In this document: piece after piece, positions 44,801-58,400 of the stretch
How positions within the stretch are numbered: the stretch's first letter is position 1
Layout of the letters: each line of letters begins with the position of its first letter
Assembly (NCBI GenBank): GCA_964057225.1
Contig: CAXKVF010000081.1
Span: forward strand, 310,001 to 374,000
Direction: 5' to 3'
Length of the DNA stretch: 64,000 nt
Origin: Auanema rhodensis
Taxonomy: Eukaryota; Animalia; Nematoda
Position numbers and translations under genes: made by a program
Notes under the pieces: model-generated
What the model was told of the DNA's origin: nothing
The model's input: the letters and a program-made list of their open reading frames with translations, nothing else
Databases searched by the model: none

Positions 44801-47800
44801 GAACTTTAATTTATGCTAATTAAATGTACACGTGATGTGCACTTGGTATGTAACTCGCTTCACGTGAAAGATAAAGAGATGCGGTTTTCAAAATTAGATT
44901 CCCCATGTCCATATTAGTCTAAAAACAAATTTTTATTGATATTGGTGCATGGTAACCATGACTTTGAAATTTACGTGAACTTTAATTTATGCTAATTAAA
45001 TGTACACGTGATGTGCACTTGGTATGTAACTCGCTTCACGTGAAAGATAAAGAGATGCGGTTTTCAAAATTTGATTCCCCATGTCCATATTAGTCTAAAA
45101 ACAAACTTTTATTGATATTGGTTCATGGTAACCATGACTTTGAAATTTACGTGAACTTTAATTTATGCTAATTAAATGTACACGTGATGTGCACTTGGTA
45201 TGTAACTCGCTTCACGTGAAAGATAAAGAGATGCGGTTTTCAAAATTTGATTCCCCATGTCCATATTAGTCTAAAAACAAATTTTCATTGATATTGGTTC
45301 ATGGTAACCATAACTTTGAAATTTACGTGAACTTTAATTTATGCTAATTAAATGTACACGTGATGTGCACTTGGTATGTAACTCGCTTCACGTGAAAGAT
45401 AAAGAGTTGCGGTTTTCAAAATTAGATTCCCCATGTCCATATTAGTCTAAAAACAAATTTTTATTGATATTGGTGCATGGTAACCATGACTTTGAAATTT
45501 ACGTGAACTTTAATTTATGCTAATTAAATGTACACGTGATGTGCACTTGGTATGTAACTCGCTTCACGTGAAAGATAAAGAGATGCGGTTTTCAAAATTT
45601 GATTCCCCATGTCCATATTAGTCTAAAAACAAATTTTTATTGATATTGGTTCATGGTAACCATGACTTTGAAATTTACGTGAACTTTAATTTATGCTAAT
45701 TAAATGTACACGTGATGTGCACTTGGTATGTAACTCGCTTCACGTGAAAGATAAAGAGATGCGGTTTTCAAAATTAGATTCCCCATGTCCATATTAGTCT
45801 AAAAACAAATTTTTATTGATATTGGTGCATGGTAACCATGACTTTGAAATTTACGTGAACTTTAATTTATGCTAATTAAATGTACACGTGATGTGCACTT
45901 GGTATGTAACTCGCTTCACGTGAAAGATAAAGAGATGCGGTTTTCAAAATTAGATTCCCCATGTCCATATTAGTCTAAAAACAAATTTTTATTGATATTG
46001 GTGCATGGTAACCATGACTTTGAAATTTACGTGAACTTTAATTTATGCTAATTAAATGTACACGTGATGTGCACTTGGTATGTAACTCGCTTCACGTGAA
46101 AGATAAAGAGATGCGGTTTTCAAAATTTGATTCCCCATGTCCATATTAGTCTAAAAACAAATTTTCATTGATATTGGTGCATGGTAACCATGACTTTGAA
46201 ATTTACGTGAACTTTAATTTATGCTAATTAAATGTACACGTGATGTGCACTTGGTATGTAACTCGCTTCACGTGAAAGATAAAGAGATGCGGTTTTCAAA
46301 ATTTGATTCCCCATGTCCATATTAGTCTAAAAACAAACTTTTATTGATATTGGTTCATGGTAACCATGACTTTGAAATTTACGTGAACTTTAATTTATGC
46401 TAATTAAATGTACACGTGATGTGCACTTGGTATGTAACTCGCTTCACGTGAAAGATAAAGAGATGCGGTTTTCAAAATTAGATTTCCCATGTCCATATTA
46501 GTCTAAAAACAAATTTTTATTGATATTGGTGCATGGTAACCATGACTTTGAAATTTACGTGAACTTTAATTTATGCTAATTAAATGTACACGTGATGTGC
46601 ACTTGGTATGTAACTCGCTTCACGTGAAAGATGAAGAGATGCGGTTTTCAAAATTAGATTCCTCATGTCCATATTAGTCTAAAAACAAATTTTTATTGAT
46701 ATTGGTGCATGGTAACCATGACTTTGAAATTTACGTGAACTTTAATTTATGCTAATTAAATGTACACGTGATGTGCACTTGGTATGTAACTCGCTTCACG
46801 TGAAAGATAAAGAGATGCGGTTTTCAAAATTTGATTCCCCATGTCCATATTAGTCTGAATACAAATTTTCATTGATATTGGTTCATGGTAACCATGACTT
46901 TGAAATTTACGTGAACTTTAATTTATGCTAATTAAATGTACACGTGATGTGCACTTGGTATGTAACTCGCTTCACGTGAAAGATAAAGAGATGCGGTTTT
47001 CAAAATTTGATTCCCCATGTCCATATTAGTCTAAAAACAAACTTTTATTGATATTGGTTCATGGTAACCATGACTTTGAAATTTACGTGAACTTTAATTT
47101 ATGCTAATTAAATGTACACGTGATGTGCACTTGGTATGTAACTCGCTTCACGTGAAAGATAAAGAGATGCGGTTTTCAAAATTTGATTCCCCATGTCCAT
47201 ATTAGTCTAAAAACAAATTTTCATTGATATTGGTTCATGGTAACCATGACTTTGAAATTTACGTGAACTTTAATTTATGCTAATTAAATGTACACGTGAT
47301 GTGCACTTGGTATGTAACTCGCTTCACGTGAAAGATAAAGAGATGCGGTTTTCAAAATTAGATTTCCCATGTCCATATTAGTCTAAAAACAAATTTTTAT
47401 TGATATTGGTGCATGGTAACCATGACTTTGAAATTTACGTGAACTTTAATTTATGCTAATTAAATGTACACGTGATGTGCACTTGGTATGTAACTCGCTT
47501 CACGTGAAAGATAAAGAGATGCGGTTTTCAAAATTTGATTCCCCATGTCCATATTAGTCTAAAAACAAATTTTCATTGATATTGGTTCATGGTAACCATG
47601 ACTTTGAAATTTACGTGAACTTTAATTTATGCTAATTAAATGTACACGTGATGTGCACTTGGTATGTAACTCGCTTCACGTGAAAGATAAAGAGATGCGG
47701 TTTTCAAAATTAGATTCCCCATGTCCATATTAGTCTAAAAACAAATTTTTATTGATATTGGTGCATGGTAACCATGACTTTGAAATTTACGTGAACTTTA

Positions 47801-48604
47801 ATTTATGCTAATTAAATGTACACGTGATGTGCACTTGGTATGTAACTCGCTTCACGTGAAAGATAAAGAGATGCGGTTTTCAAAATTAGATTCCCCATGT
47901 ACATATTAGTCTAAAAACAAATTTTTATTGATATTGGTTCATGGTAACCATGACTTTGAAATTTACGTGAACTTTAATTTATGCTAATTAAATGTACACG
48001 TGATGTGCACTTGGTATGTAACTCGCTTCACGTGAAAGATAAAGAGATGCGGTTTTCAAAATTAGATTCCCCATGTCCATATTAGTCTAAAAACAAATTT
48101 TTATTGATATTGGTGCATGGTAACCATGACTTTGAAATTTACGTGAACTTTAATTTATGCTAATTAAATGTACACGTGATGTGCACTTGGTATGTAACTC
48201 GCTTCACGTGAAAGATAAAGTGATGCGGTTTTCAAAATTAGATTCCCCATGTCCATATTAGTCTAAAAACAAATTTTTATTGATATTGGTTCATGGTAAC
48301 CATGACTTTGAAATTTACGTGAACTTTAATTTATGCTAATTAAATGTACACGTGATGTGCACTTGGTATGTAACTCGCTTCACGTGAAAGATAAAGAGAT
48401 GCGGTTTTCAAAATTTGATTCCCCATGTCCATATTAGTCTAAAAACAAACTTTTATTGATATTGGTTCATGGTAACCATGACTTTGAAATTTACGTGAAC
48501 TTTAATTTATGCTAATTAAATGTACACGTGATGTGCACTTGGTATGTAACTCGCTTCACGTGAAAGATAAAGAGATGCGGTTTTCAAAATTTGATTCCCC
48601 ATGT
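41826..48604 (-). repeat. Inverted block of the same 176-bp satellite (38 full monomers plus two partials, 6779 bp)
   Basis: The sequence switches to the reverse complement (AATTAAATGTACACGTGATGTGCACTTGG...GAGATGCGGTTTTCAA), running from monomer position 74 down to position 160; 74 + 38x176 + 17 = 6779. Confidence 0.99.
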
Positions 48605-48608
48605 GTGT
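48604..48608. other. Right inversion breakpoint with 3-nt insertion (GTG)
   Basis: GATTCCCCATGT-GTG-TAATATGGACATG: the reverse monomer ends at position 160 and the forward monomer begins at position 152. GTG (48605-48607) matches neither continuation. Confidence 0.92.
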
Positions 48609-51600
48609 AATATGGACATGGGAAATCTAATTTTGAAAACCGCATCTCTTTATCTTTCACGTGAAGCGAGTTACATACCAAGTGCACATCACGTGTACAT
48701 TTAATTAGCATAAATTAAAGTTCACGTAAATTTCAAAGTCATGGTTACCATGAACCAATATCAATAAAAGTTTGTTTTTAGACTAATATGGACATGGGGA
48801 ATCAAATTTTGAAAACCGCATCTCTTTATCTTTCACGTGAAGCGAGTTACATACCAAGTGCACATCACGTGTACATTTAATTAGCATAAATTAAAGTTCA
48901 CGTAAATTTCAAAGTCATGGTTACCATGAACCAATATCAATGAAAATTTGTATTCAGACTAATATGGACATGGGGAATCAAATTTTGAAAACCGCATCTC
49001 TTTATCTTTCACGTGTAGCGAGTTACATACCAAGTGCACATCACGTGTACATTTAATTAGCATAAATTAAAGTTCACGTAAATTTCAAAGTCATGGTTAC
49101 CATGCACCAATATCAATAAAAATTTGTTTTTAGACTAATATGGACATGGGGAATCTAATTTTGAAAACCGCATCTCTTTATCTTTCACGTGAAGCGAGTT
49201 ACATACCAAGTGCACATCACGTGTACATTTAATTAGCATAAATTAAAGTTCACGTAAATTTCAAAGTCATGGTTACCATGCACCAATATCAATAAAAATT
49301 TGTTTTTAGACTAATATGGACATGGGAAATCTAATTTTGAAAACCGCATCTCTTTATCTTTCACGTGAAGCGAGTTACATACCAAGTGCACATCACGTGT
49401 ACATTTAATTAGCATAAATTAAAGTTCACGTAAATTTCAAAGTCATGGTTACCATGAACCAATATCAATGAAAATTTGTTTTTAGACTAATATGGACATG
49501 GGGAATCAAATTTTGAAAACCGCATCTCTTTATCTTTCACGTGAAGCGAGTTACATACCAAGTGCACATCACGTGTACATTTAATTAGCATAAATTAAAG
49601 TTCACGTAAATTTCAAAGTCATGGTTACCATGAACCAATATCAATAAAAGTTTGTTTTTAGACTAATATGGACATGGGGAATCAAATTTTGAAAACCGCA
49701 TCTCTTTATCTTTCACGTGAAGCGAGTTACATACCAAGTGCACATCACGTGTACATTTAATTAGCATAAATTAAAGTTCACGTAAATTTCAAAGTCATGG
49801 TTACCATGAACCAATATCAATGAAAATTTGTATTCAGACTAATATGGACATGGGGAATCAAATTTTGAAAACCGCATCTCTTTATCTTTCACGTGAAGCG
49901 AGTTACATACCAAGTGCACATCACGTGTACATTTAATTAGCATAAATTAAAGTTCACGTAAATTTCAAAGTCATGGTTACCATGCACCAATATCAATAAA
50001 AATTTGTTTTTAGACTAATATGGACATGAGGAATCTAATTTTGAAAACCGCATCTCTTCATCTTTCACGTGAAGCGAGTTACATACCAAGTGCACATCAC
50101 GTGTACATTTAATTAGCATAAATTAAAGTTCACGTAAATTTCAAAGTCATGGTTACCATGCACCAATATCAATAAAAATTTGTTTTTAGACTAATATGGA
50201 CATGGGAAATCTAATTTTGAAAACCGCATCTCTTTATCTTTCACGTGAAGCGAGTTACATACCAAGTGCACATCACGTGTACATTTAATTAGCATAAATT
50301 AAAGTTCACGTAAATTTCAAAGTCATGGTTACCATGAACCAATATCAATAAAAGTTTGTTTTTAGACTAATATGGACATGGGGAATCAAATTTTGAAAAC
50401 CGCATCTCTTTATCTTTCACGTGAAGCGAGTTACATACCAAGTGCACATCACGTGTACATTTAATTAGCATAAATTAAAGTTCACGTAAATTTCAAAGTC
50501 ATGGTTACCATGCACCAATATCAATGAAAATTTGTTTTTAGACTAATATGGACATGGGGAATCAAATTTTGAAAACCGCATCTCTTTATCTTTCACGTGA
50601 AGCGAGTTACATACCAAGTGCACATCACGTGTACATTTAATTAGCATAAATTAAAGTTCACGTAAATTTCAAAGTCATGGTTACCATGCACCAATATCAA
50701 TAAAAATTTGTTTTTAGACTAATATGGACATGGGGAATCTAATTTTGAAAACCGCATCTCTTTATCTTTCACGTGAAGCGAGTTACATACCAAGTGCACA
50801 TCACGTGTACATTTAATTAGCATAAATTAAAGTTCACGTAAATTTCAAAGTCATGGTTACCATGCACCAATATCAATAAAAATTTGTTTTTAGACTAATA
50901 TGGACATGGGGAATCTAATTTTGAAAACCGCATCTCTTTATCTTTCACGTGAAGCGAGTTACATACCAAGTGCACATCACGTGTACATTTAATTAGCATA
51001 AATTAAAGTTCACGTAAATTTCAAAGTCATGGTTACCATGAACCAATATCAATAAAAATTTGTTTTTAGACTAATATGGACATGGGGAATCAAATTTTGA
51101 AAACCGCATCTCTTTATCTTTCACGTGAAGCGAGTTACATACCAAGTGCACATCACGTGTACATTTAATTAGCATAAATTAAAGTTCACGTAAATTTCAA
51201 AGTCATGGTTACCATGCACCAATATCAATAAAAATTTGTTTTTAGACTAATATGGACATGGGGAATCTAATTTTGAAAACCGCAACTCTTTATCTTTCAC
51301 GTGAAGCGAGTTACATACCAAGTGCACATCACGTGTACATTTAATTAGCATAAATTAAAGTTCACGTAAATTTCAAAGTTATGGTTACCATGAACCAATA
51401 TCAATGAAAATTTGTTTTTAGACTAATATGGACATGGGGAATCAAATTTTGAAAACCGCATCTCTTTATCTTTCACGTGAAGCGAGTTACATACCAAGTG
51501 CACATCACGTGTACATTTAATTAGCATAAATTAAAGTTCACGTAAATTTCAAAGTCATGGTTACCATGAACCAATATCAATAAAAGTTTGTTTTTAGACT

Positions 51601-53032
51601 AATATGGACATGGGGAATCAAATTTTGAAAACCGCATCTCTTTATCTTTCACGTGAAGCGAGTTACATACCAAGTGCACATCACGTGTACATTTAATTAG
51701 CATAAATTAAAGTTCACGTAAATTTCAAAGTCATGGTTACCATGCACCAATATCAATAAAAATTTGTTTTTAGACTAATATGGACATGAGGAATCTAATT
51801 TTGAAAACCGCATCTCTTTATCTTTCACGTGAAGCGAGTTACATACCAAGTGCACATCACGTGTACATTTAATTAGCATAAATTAAAGTTCACGTAAATT
51901 TCAAAGTCATGGTTACCATGAACCAATATCAATGAAAATTTGTTTTTAGACTAATATGGACATGGGGAATCAAATTTTGAAAACCGCATCTCTTTATCTT
52001 TCACGTGAAGCGAGTTACATACCAAGTGCACATCACGTGTACATTTAATTAGCATAAATTAAAGTTCACGTAAATTTCAAAGTCATGGTTACCATGCACC
52101 AATATCAATAAAAATTTGTTTTTAGACTAATATGGACATGGGGAATCAAATTTTGAAAACCGCATCTCTTTATCTTTCACGTGAAGCGAGTTACATACCA
52201 AGTGCACATCACGTGTACATTTAATTAGCATAAATTAAAGTTCACGTAAATTTCAAAGTCATGGTTACCATGAACCAATATCAATAAAAGTTTGTTTTTA
52301 GACTAATATGGACATGGGGAATCAAATTTTGAAAACCGCATCTCTTTATCTTTCACGTGAAGCGAGTTACATACCAAGTGCACATCACGTGTACATTTAA
52401 TTAGCATAAATTAAAGTTCACGTAAATTTCAAAGTCATGGTTACCATGAACCAATATCAATAAAAATTTGTTTTTAGACTAATATGGACATGGGGAATCT
52501 AATTTTGAAAACCGCATCACTTTATCTTTCACGTGAAGCGAGTTACATACCAAGTGCACATCACGTGTACATTTAATTAGCATAAATTAAAGTTCACGTA
52601 AATTTCAAAGTCATGGTTACCATGCACCAATATCAATAAAAATTTGTTTTTAGACTAATATGGACATGGGCAATCTAATTTTGAAAACCGCATCTCTTTA
52701 TCTTTCACGTGAAGCGAGTTACATACCAAGTGCACATCACGTGTACATTTAATTAGCATAAATTAAAGTTCACGTAAATTTCAAAGTCATGGTTACCATG
52801 AACCAATATCAATAAAAATTTGTTTTTAGACTAATATGTACATGGGGAATCTAATTTTGAAAACCGCATCTCTTTATCTTTCACGTGAAGCGAGTTACAT
52901 ACCAAGTGCACATCACGTGTACATTTAATTAGCATAAATTAAAGTTCACGTAAATTTCAAAGTCATGGTTACCATGCACCAATATCAATAAAAATTTGTT
53001 TTTAGACTAATATGGACATGGGGAATCTAATT

Positions 53033-55496
53033 TTGAAAACCGCATCTCTTTATCTTTCACGTGAAGCGAGTTACATACCAAGTGCACATCACGTGTACAT
53101 TTAATTAGCATAAATTAAAGTTCACGTAAATTTCAAAGTCATGGTTACCATGAACCAATATCAATGAAAATTTGTTTTTAGACTAATATGGACATGGGGA
53201 ATCAAATTTTGAAAACCGCATCTCTTTATCTTTCACGTGAAGCGAGTTACATACCAAGTGCACATCACGTGTACATTTAATTAGCATAAATTAAAGTTCA
53301 CGTAAATTTCAAAGTCATGGTTACCATGCACCAATATCAATAAAAATTTGTTTTTAGACTAATATGGACATGGGGAATCTAATTTTGAAAACCGCATCTC
53401 TTTATCTTTCACGTGAAGCGAGTTACATACCAAGTGCACATCACGTGTACATTTAATTAGCATAAATTAAAGTTCACGTAAATTTCAAAGTCATGGTTAC
53501 CATGCACCAATATCAATAAAAATTTGTTTTTAGACTAATATGGACATGGGGAATCTAATTTTGAAAACCGCATCTCTTTATCTTTCACGTGAATCGAGTT
53601 ACATACCAAGTGCACATCACGTGTACATTTAATTAGCATAAATTAAAGTTCACGTAAATTTCAAAGTCATGGTTACCATGAACCAATATCAATCAAAATT
53701 TTTTTTTAGACTAATATGGACATGGGGAATCTAATTTTGAAAACCGCATCTCTTTATCTTTCACGTGAAGCGAGTTACATACCAAGTGCACATCACGTGT
53801 ACATTTAATTAGCATAAATTAAAGTTCACGTAAATTTCAAAGTCATGGTTACCATGCACCAATATCAATAAAAATTTGTTTTTAGACTAATATGGACATG
53901 GGGAATCTAATTTTGAAAACCGCATCTCTTTATCTTTCACGTGAAGCGAGTTACATACCAAGTGCACATCACGTGTACATTTAATTAGCATAAATTAAAG
54001 TTCACGTAAATTTCAAAGTCATGGTTACCATGCACCAATATCAATAAAAATTTGTTTTTAGACTAATATGGACATGGGGAATCTAATTTTGAAAACCGCA
54101 TCTCTTTATCTTTCACGTGAATCGAGTTACATATCAAGTGCACATCACGTGTACATTTAATTAGCATAAATTAAAGTTCACGTAAATTTCAAAGTCATGG
54201 TTACCATGCACCAATATCAATAAAAATTTGTTTTTAGACTAATATGGACATGGGGAATCTAATTTTGAAAACCGCATCTCTTTATCTTTCACGTGAAGCG
54301 AGTTACATACCAAGTGCACATCACGTGTACATTTAATTAGCATAAATTAAAGTTCACGTAAATTTCAAAGTCATGGTTACCATGAACCAATATCAATGAA
54401 AATTTGTTTTTAGACTAATATGGACATGGGGAATCAAATTTTGAAAACCGCATCTCTTTATCTTTCACGTGAAGCGAGTTACATACCAAGTGCACATCAC
54501 GTGTACATTTAATTAGCATAAATTAAAGTTCACGTAAATTTCAAAGTCATGGTTACCATGCACCAATATCAATAAAAATTTGTTTTTAGACTAATATGGA
54601 CATGGGGAATCTAATTTTGAAAACCGCATCTCTTTATCTTTCACGTGAAGCGAGTTACATACCAAGTGCACATCACGTGTACATTTAATTAGCATAAATT
54701 AAAGTTCACGTAAATTTCAAAGTCATGGTTACCATGCACCAATATCAATAAAAATTTGTTTTTAGACTAATATGGACATGGGGAATCTAATTTTGAAAAC
54801 CGCATCTCTTTATCTTTCACGTGAATCGAGTTACATACCAAGTGCACATCACGTGTACATTTAATTAGCATAAATTAAAGTTCACGTAAATTTCAAAGTC
54901 ATGGTTACCATGAACCAATATCAATCAAAATTTTTTTTTAGACTAATATGGACATGGGGAATCTAATTTTGAAAACCGCATCTCTTTATCTTTCACGTGA
55001 AGCGAGTTACATACCAAGTGCACATCACGTGTACATTTAATTAGCATAAATTAAAGTTCACGTAAATTTCAAAGTCATGGTTACCATGCACCAATATCAA
55101 TAAAAATTTGTTTTTAGACTAATATGGACATGGGGAATCTAATTTTGAAAACCGCATCTCTTTATCTTTCACGTGAAGCGAGTTACATACCAAGTGCACA
55201 TCACGTGTACATTTAATTAGCATAAATTAAAGTTCACGTAAATTTCAAAGTCATGGTTACCATGCACCAATATCAATAAAAATTTGTTTTTAGACTAATA
55301 TGGACATGGGGAATCTAATTTTGAAAACCGCATCTCTTTATCTTTCACGTGAATCGAGTTACATATCAAGTGCACATCACGTGTACATTTAATTAGCATA
55401 AATTAAAGTTCACGTAAATTTCAAAGTCATGGTTACCATGCACCAATATCAATAAAAATTTGTTTTTAGACTAATATGGACATGGGGAATCTAATT
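53033..55496 (+). repeat. Tandem 7-monomer (1232-bp) higher-order repeat, two copies
   Basis: AATCAAAATTTTTTTTT allele at 53694/54926 and ATATCAAG allele at 54134/55366. Confidence 0.88.
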
Positions 55497-58400
55497 TTGA
55501 AAACCGCATCTCTTTATCTTTCACGTGAAGCGAGTTACATACCAAGTGCACATCACGTGTACATTTAATTAGCATAAATTAAAGTTCACGTAAATTTCAA
55601 AGTCATGGTTACCATGAACCAATATCAATAAAAATTTGTTTTTAGACTAATATGGACATGAAGAATCAAATTTTGAAAACCGCATCTCTTTATCTTTCAC
55701 GTGAAGCGAGTTACATACCAAGTGCACATCACGTGTACATTTAATTAGCATAAATTAAAGTTCACGTAAATTTCAAAGTCATGGTTACCATGAACCAATA
55801 TCAATAAAAATTTGTTTTTAGACTAATATGGACATGGGGAATCTAATTTTGAAAACCGCATCTCTTTATCTTTCACGTGAAGCGAGTTACATACCAAGTG
55901 CACATCACGTGTACATTTAATTAGCATAAATTAAAGTTCACGTAAATTTCAAAGTCATGGTTACCATGCACCAATATCAATAAAAATTTGTTTTTAGACT
56001 AATATGGACATGGGGAATCTAATTTTGAAAACCGCATCTCTTTATCTTTCACGTGAAGCGAGTTACATACCAAGTGCACATCACGTGTACATTTAATTAG
56101 CATAAATTAAAGTTCACGTAAATTTCAAAGTCATGGTTACCATGAACCAATATCAATGAAAATTTGTTTTTAGACTAATATGGACATGGGGAATCAAATT
56201 TTGAAAACCGCATCTCTTTATCTTTCACGTGAAGCGAGTTACATACCAAGTGCACATCACGTGTACATTTAATTAGCATAAATTAAAGTTCACGTAAATT
56301 TCAAAGTCATGGTTACCATGCACCAATATCAATAAAAATTTGTTTTTAGACTAATATGGACATGGGGAATCTAATTTTGAAAACCGCATCTCTTTATCTT
56401 TCACGTGAAGCGAGTTACATACCAAGTGCACATCACGTGTACATTTAATTAGCATAAATTAAAGTTCACGTAAATTTCAAAGTCATGGTTACCATGAACC
56501 AATATCAATAAAAATTTGTTTTTAGACTAATATGGACATGGGGAATCAAATTTTGAAAACCGCATCTCTTTATCTTTCACGTGAAGCGAGTTACATACCA
56601 AGTGCACATCACGTGTACATTTAATTAGCATAAATTAAAGTTCACGTAAATTTCAAAGTCATGGTTACCATGCACCAATATCAATAAAAATTTGTTTTTA
56701 GACTAATATGGACATGGGGAATCTAATTTTGAAAACCGCAACTCTTTATCTTTCACGTGAAGCGAGTTACATACCAAGTGCACATCACGTGTACATTTAA
56801 TTAGCATAAATTAAAGTTCACGTAAATTTCAAAGTCATGGTTACCATGAACCAATATCAATGAAAATTTGTTTTTAGACTAATATGGACATGGGGAATCA
56901 AATTTTGAAAACCGCATCTCTTTATCTTTCACGTGAAGCGAGTTACATACCAAGTGCACATCACGTGTACATTTAATTAGCATAAATTAAAGTTCACGTA
57001 AATTTCAAAGTCATGGTTACCATGAACCAATATCAATAAAAGTTTGTTTTTAGACTAATATGGACATGGGGAATCAAATTTTGAAAACCGCATCTCTTTA
57101 TCTTTCACGTGAAGCGAGTTACATACCAAGTGCACATCACGTGTACATTTAATTAGCATAAATTAAAGTTCACGTAAATTTCAAAGTCATGGTTACCATG
57201 CACCAATATCAATAAAAATTTGTTTTTAGACTAATATGGACATGAGGAATCTAATTTTGAAAACCGCATCTCTTTATCTTTCACGTGAAGCGAGTTACAT
57301 ACCAAGTGCACATCACGTGTACATTTAATTAGCATAAATTAAAGTTCACGTAAATTTCAAAGTCATGGTTACCATGAACCAATATCAATGAAAATTTGTT
57401 TTTAGACTAATATGGACATGGAAAATCAAATTTTGAAAACCGCATCTCTTTATCTTTCACGTGAAGCGAGTTACATACCAAGTGCACATCACGTGTACAT
57501 TTAATTAGCATAAATTAAAGTTCACGTAAATTTCAAAGTCATGGTTACCATGCACCAATATCAATAAAAATTTGTTTTTAGACTAATATGGACATGGGGA
57601 ATCAAATTTTGAAAACCGCATCTCTTTATCTTTCACGTGAAGCGAGTTACATACCAAGTGCACATCACGTGTACATTTAATTAGCATAAATTAAAGTTCA
57701 CGTAAATTTCAAAGTCATGGTTACCATGAACCAATATCAATAAAAGTTTGTTTTTAGACTAATATGGACATGGGGAATCAAATTTTGAAAACCGCATCTC
57801 TTTATCTTTCACGTGAAGCGAGTTACATACCAAGTGCACATCACGTGTACATTTAATTAGCATAAATTAAAGTTCACGTAAATTTCAAAGTCATGGTTAC
57901 CATGCACCAATATCAATAAAAATTTGTTTTTAGACTAATATGGACATGGGGAATCTAATTTTGAAAACCGCATCTCTTTATCTTTCACGTGAAGCGAGTT
58001 ACATACCAAGTGCACATCACGTGTACATTTAATTAGCATAAATTAAAGTTCACGTAAATTTCAAAGTCATGGTTACCATGCACCAATATCAATAAAAATT
58101 TGTTTTTAGACTAATATGGACATGGGGAATCAAATTTTGAAAACCGCATCTCTTTATCTTTCACGTGAAGCGAGTTACATACCAAGTGCACATCACGTGT
58201 ACATTTAATTAGCATAAATTAAAGTTCACGTAAATTTCAAAGTCATGGTTACCATGCACCAATATCAATAAAAATTTGTTTTTAGACTAATATGGACATG
58301 GGGAATCTAATTTTGAAAACCGCATCTCTTTATCTTTCACGTGAAGCGAGTTACATACCAAGTGCACATCACGTGTACATTTAATTAGCATAAATTAAAG

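Noticed and set aside
41826-48607. Transposon insertion or terminal inverted repeats at the orientation switches
   Set aside because: There is no foreign sequence apart from GTG; everything else is satellite.
48590-48640. Simple fold-back (breakage-fusion-bridge or chimeric read) origin of the right junction
   Set aside because: The arms are not mirror-identical next to the junction; the exact mirror match begins about 1.1 kb to the left and 0.55 kb to the right of it.
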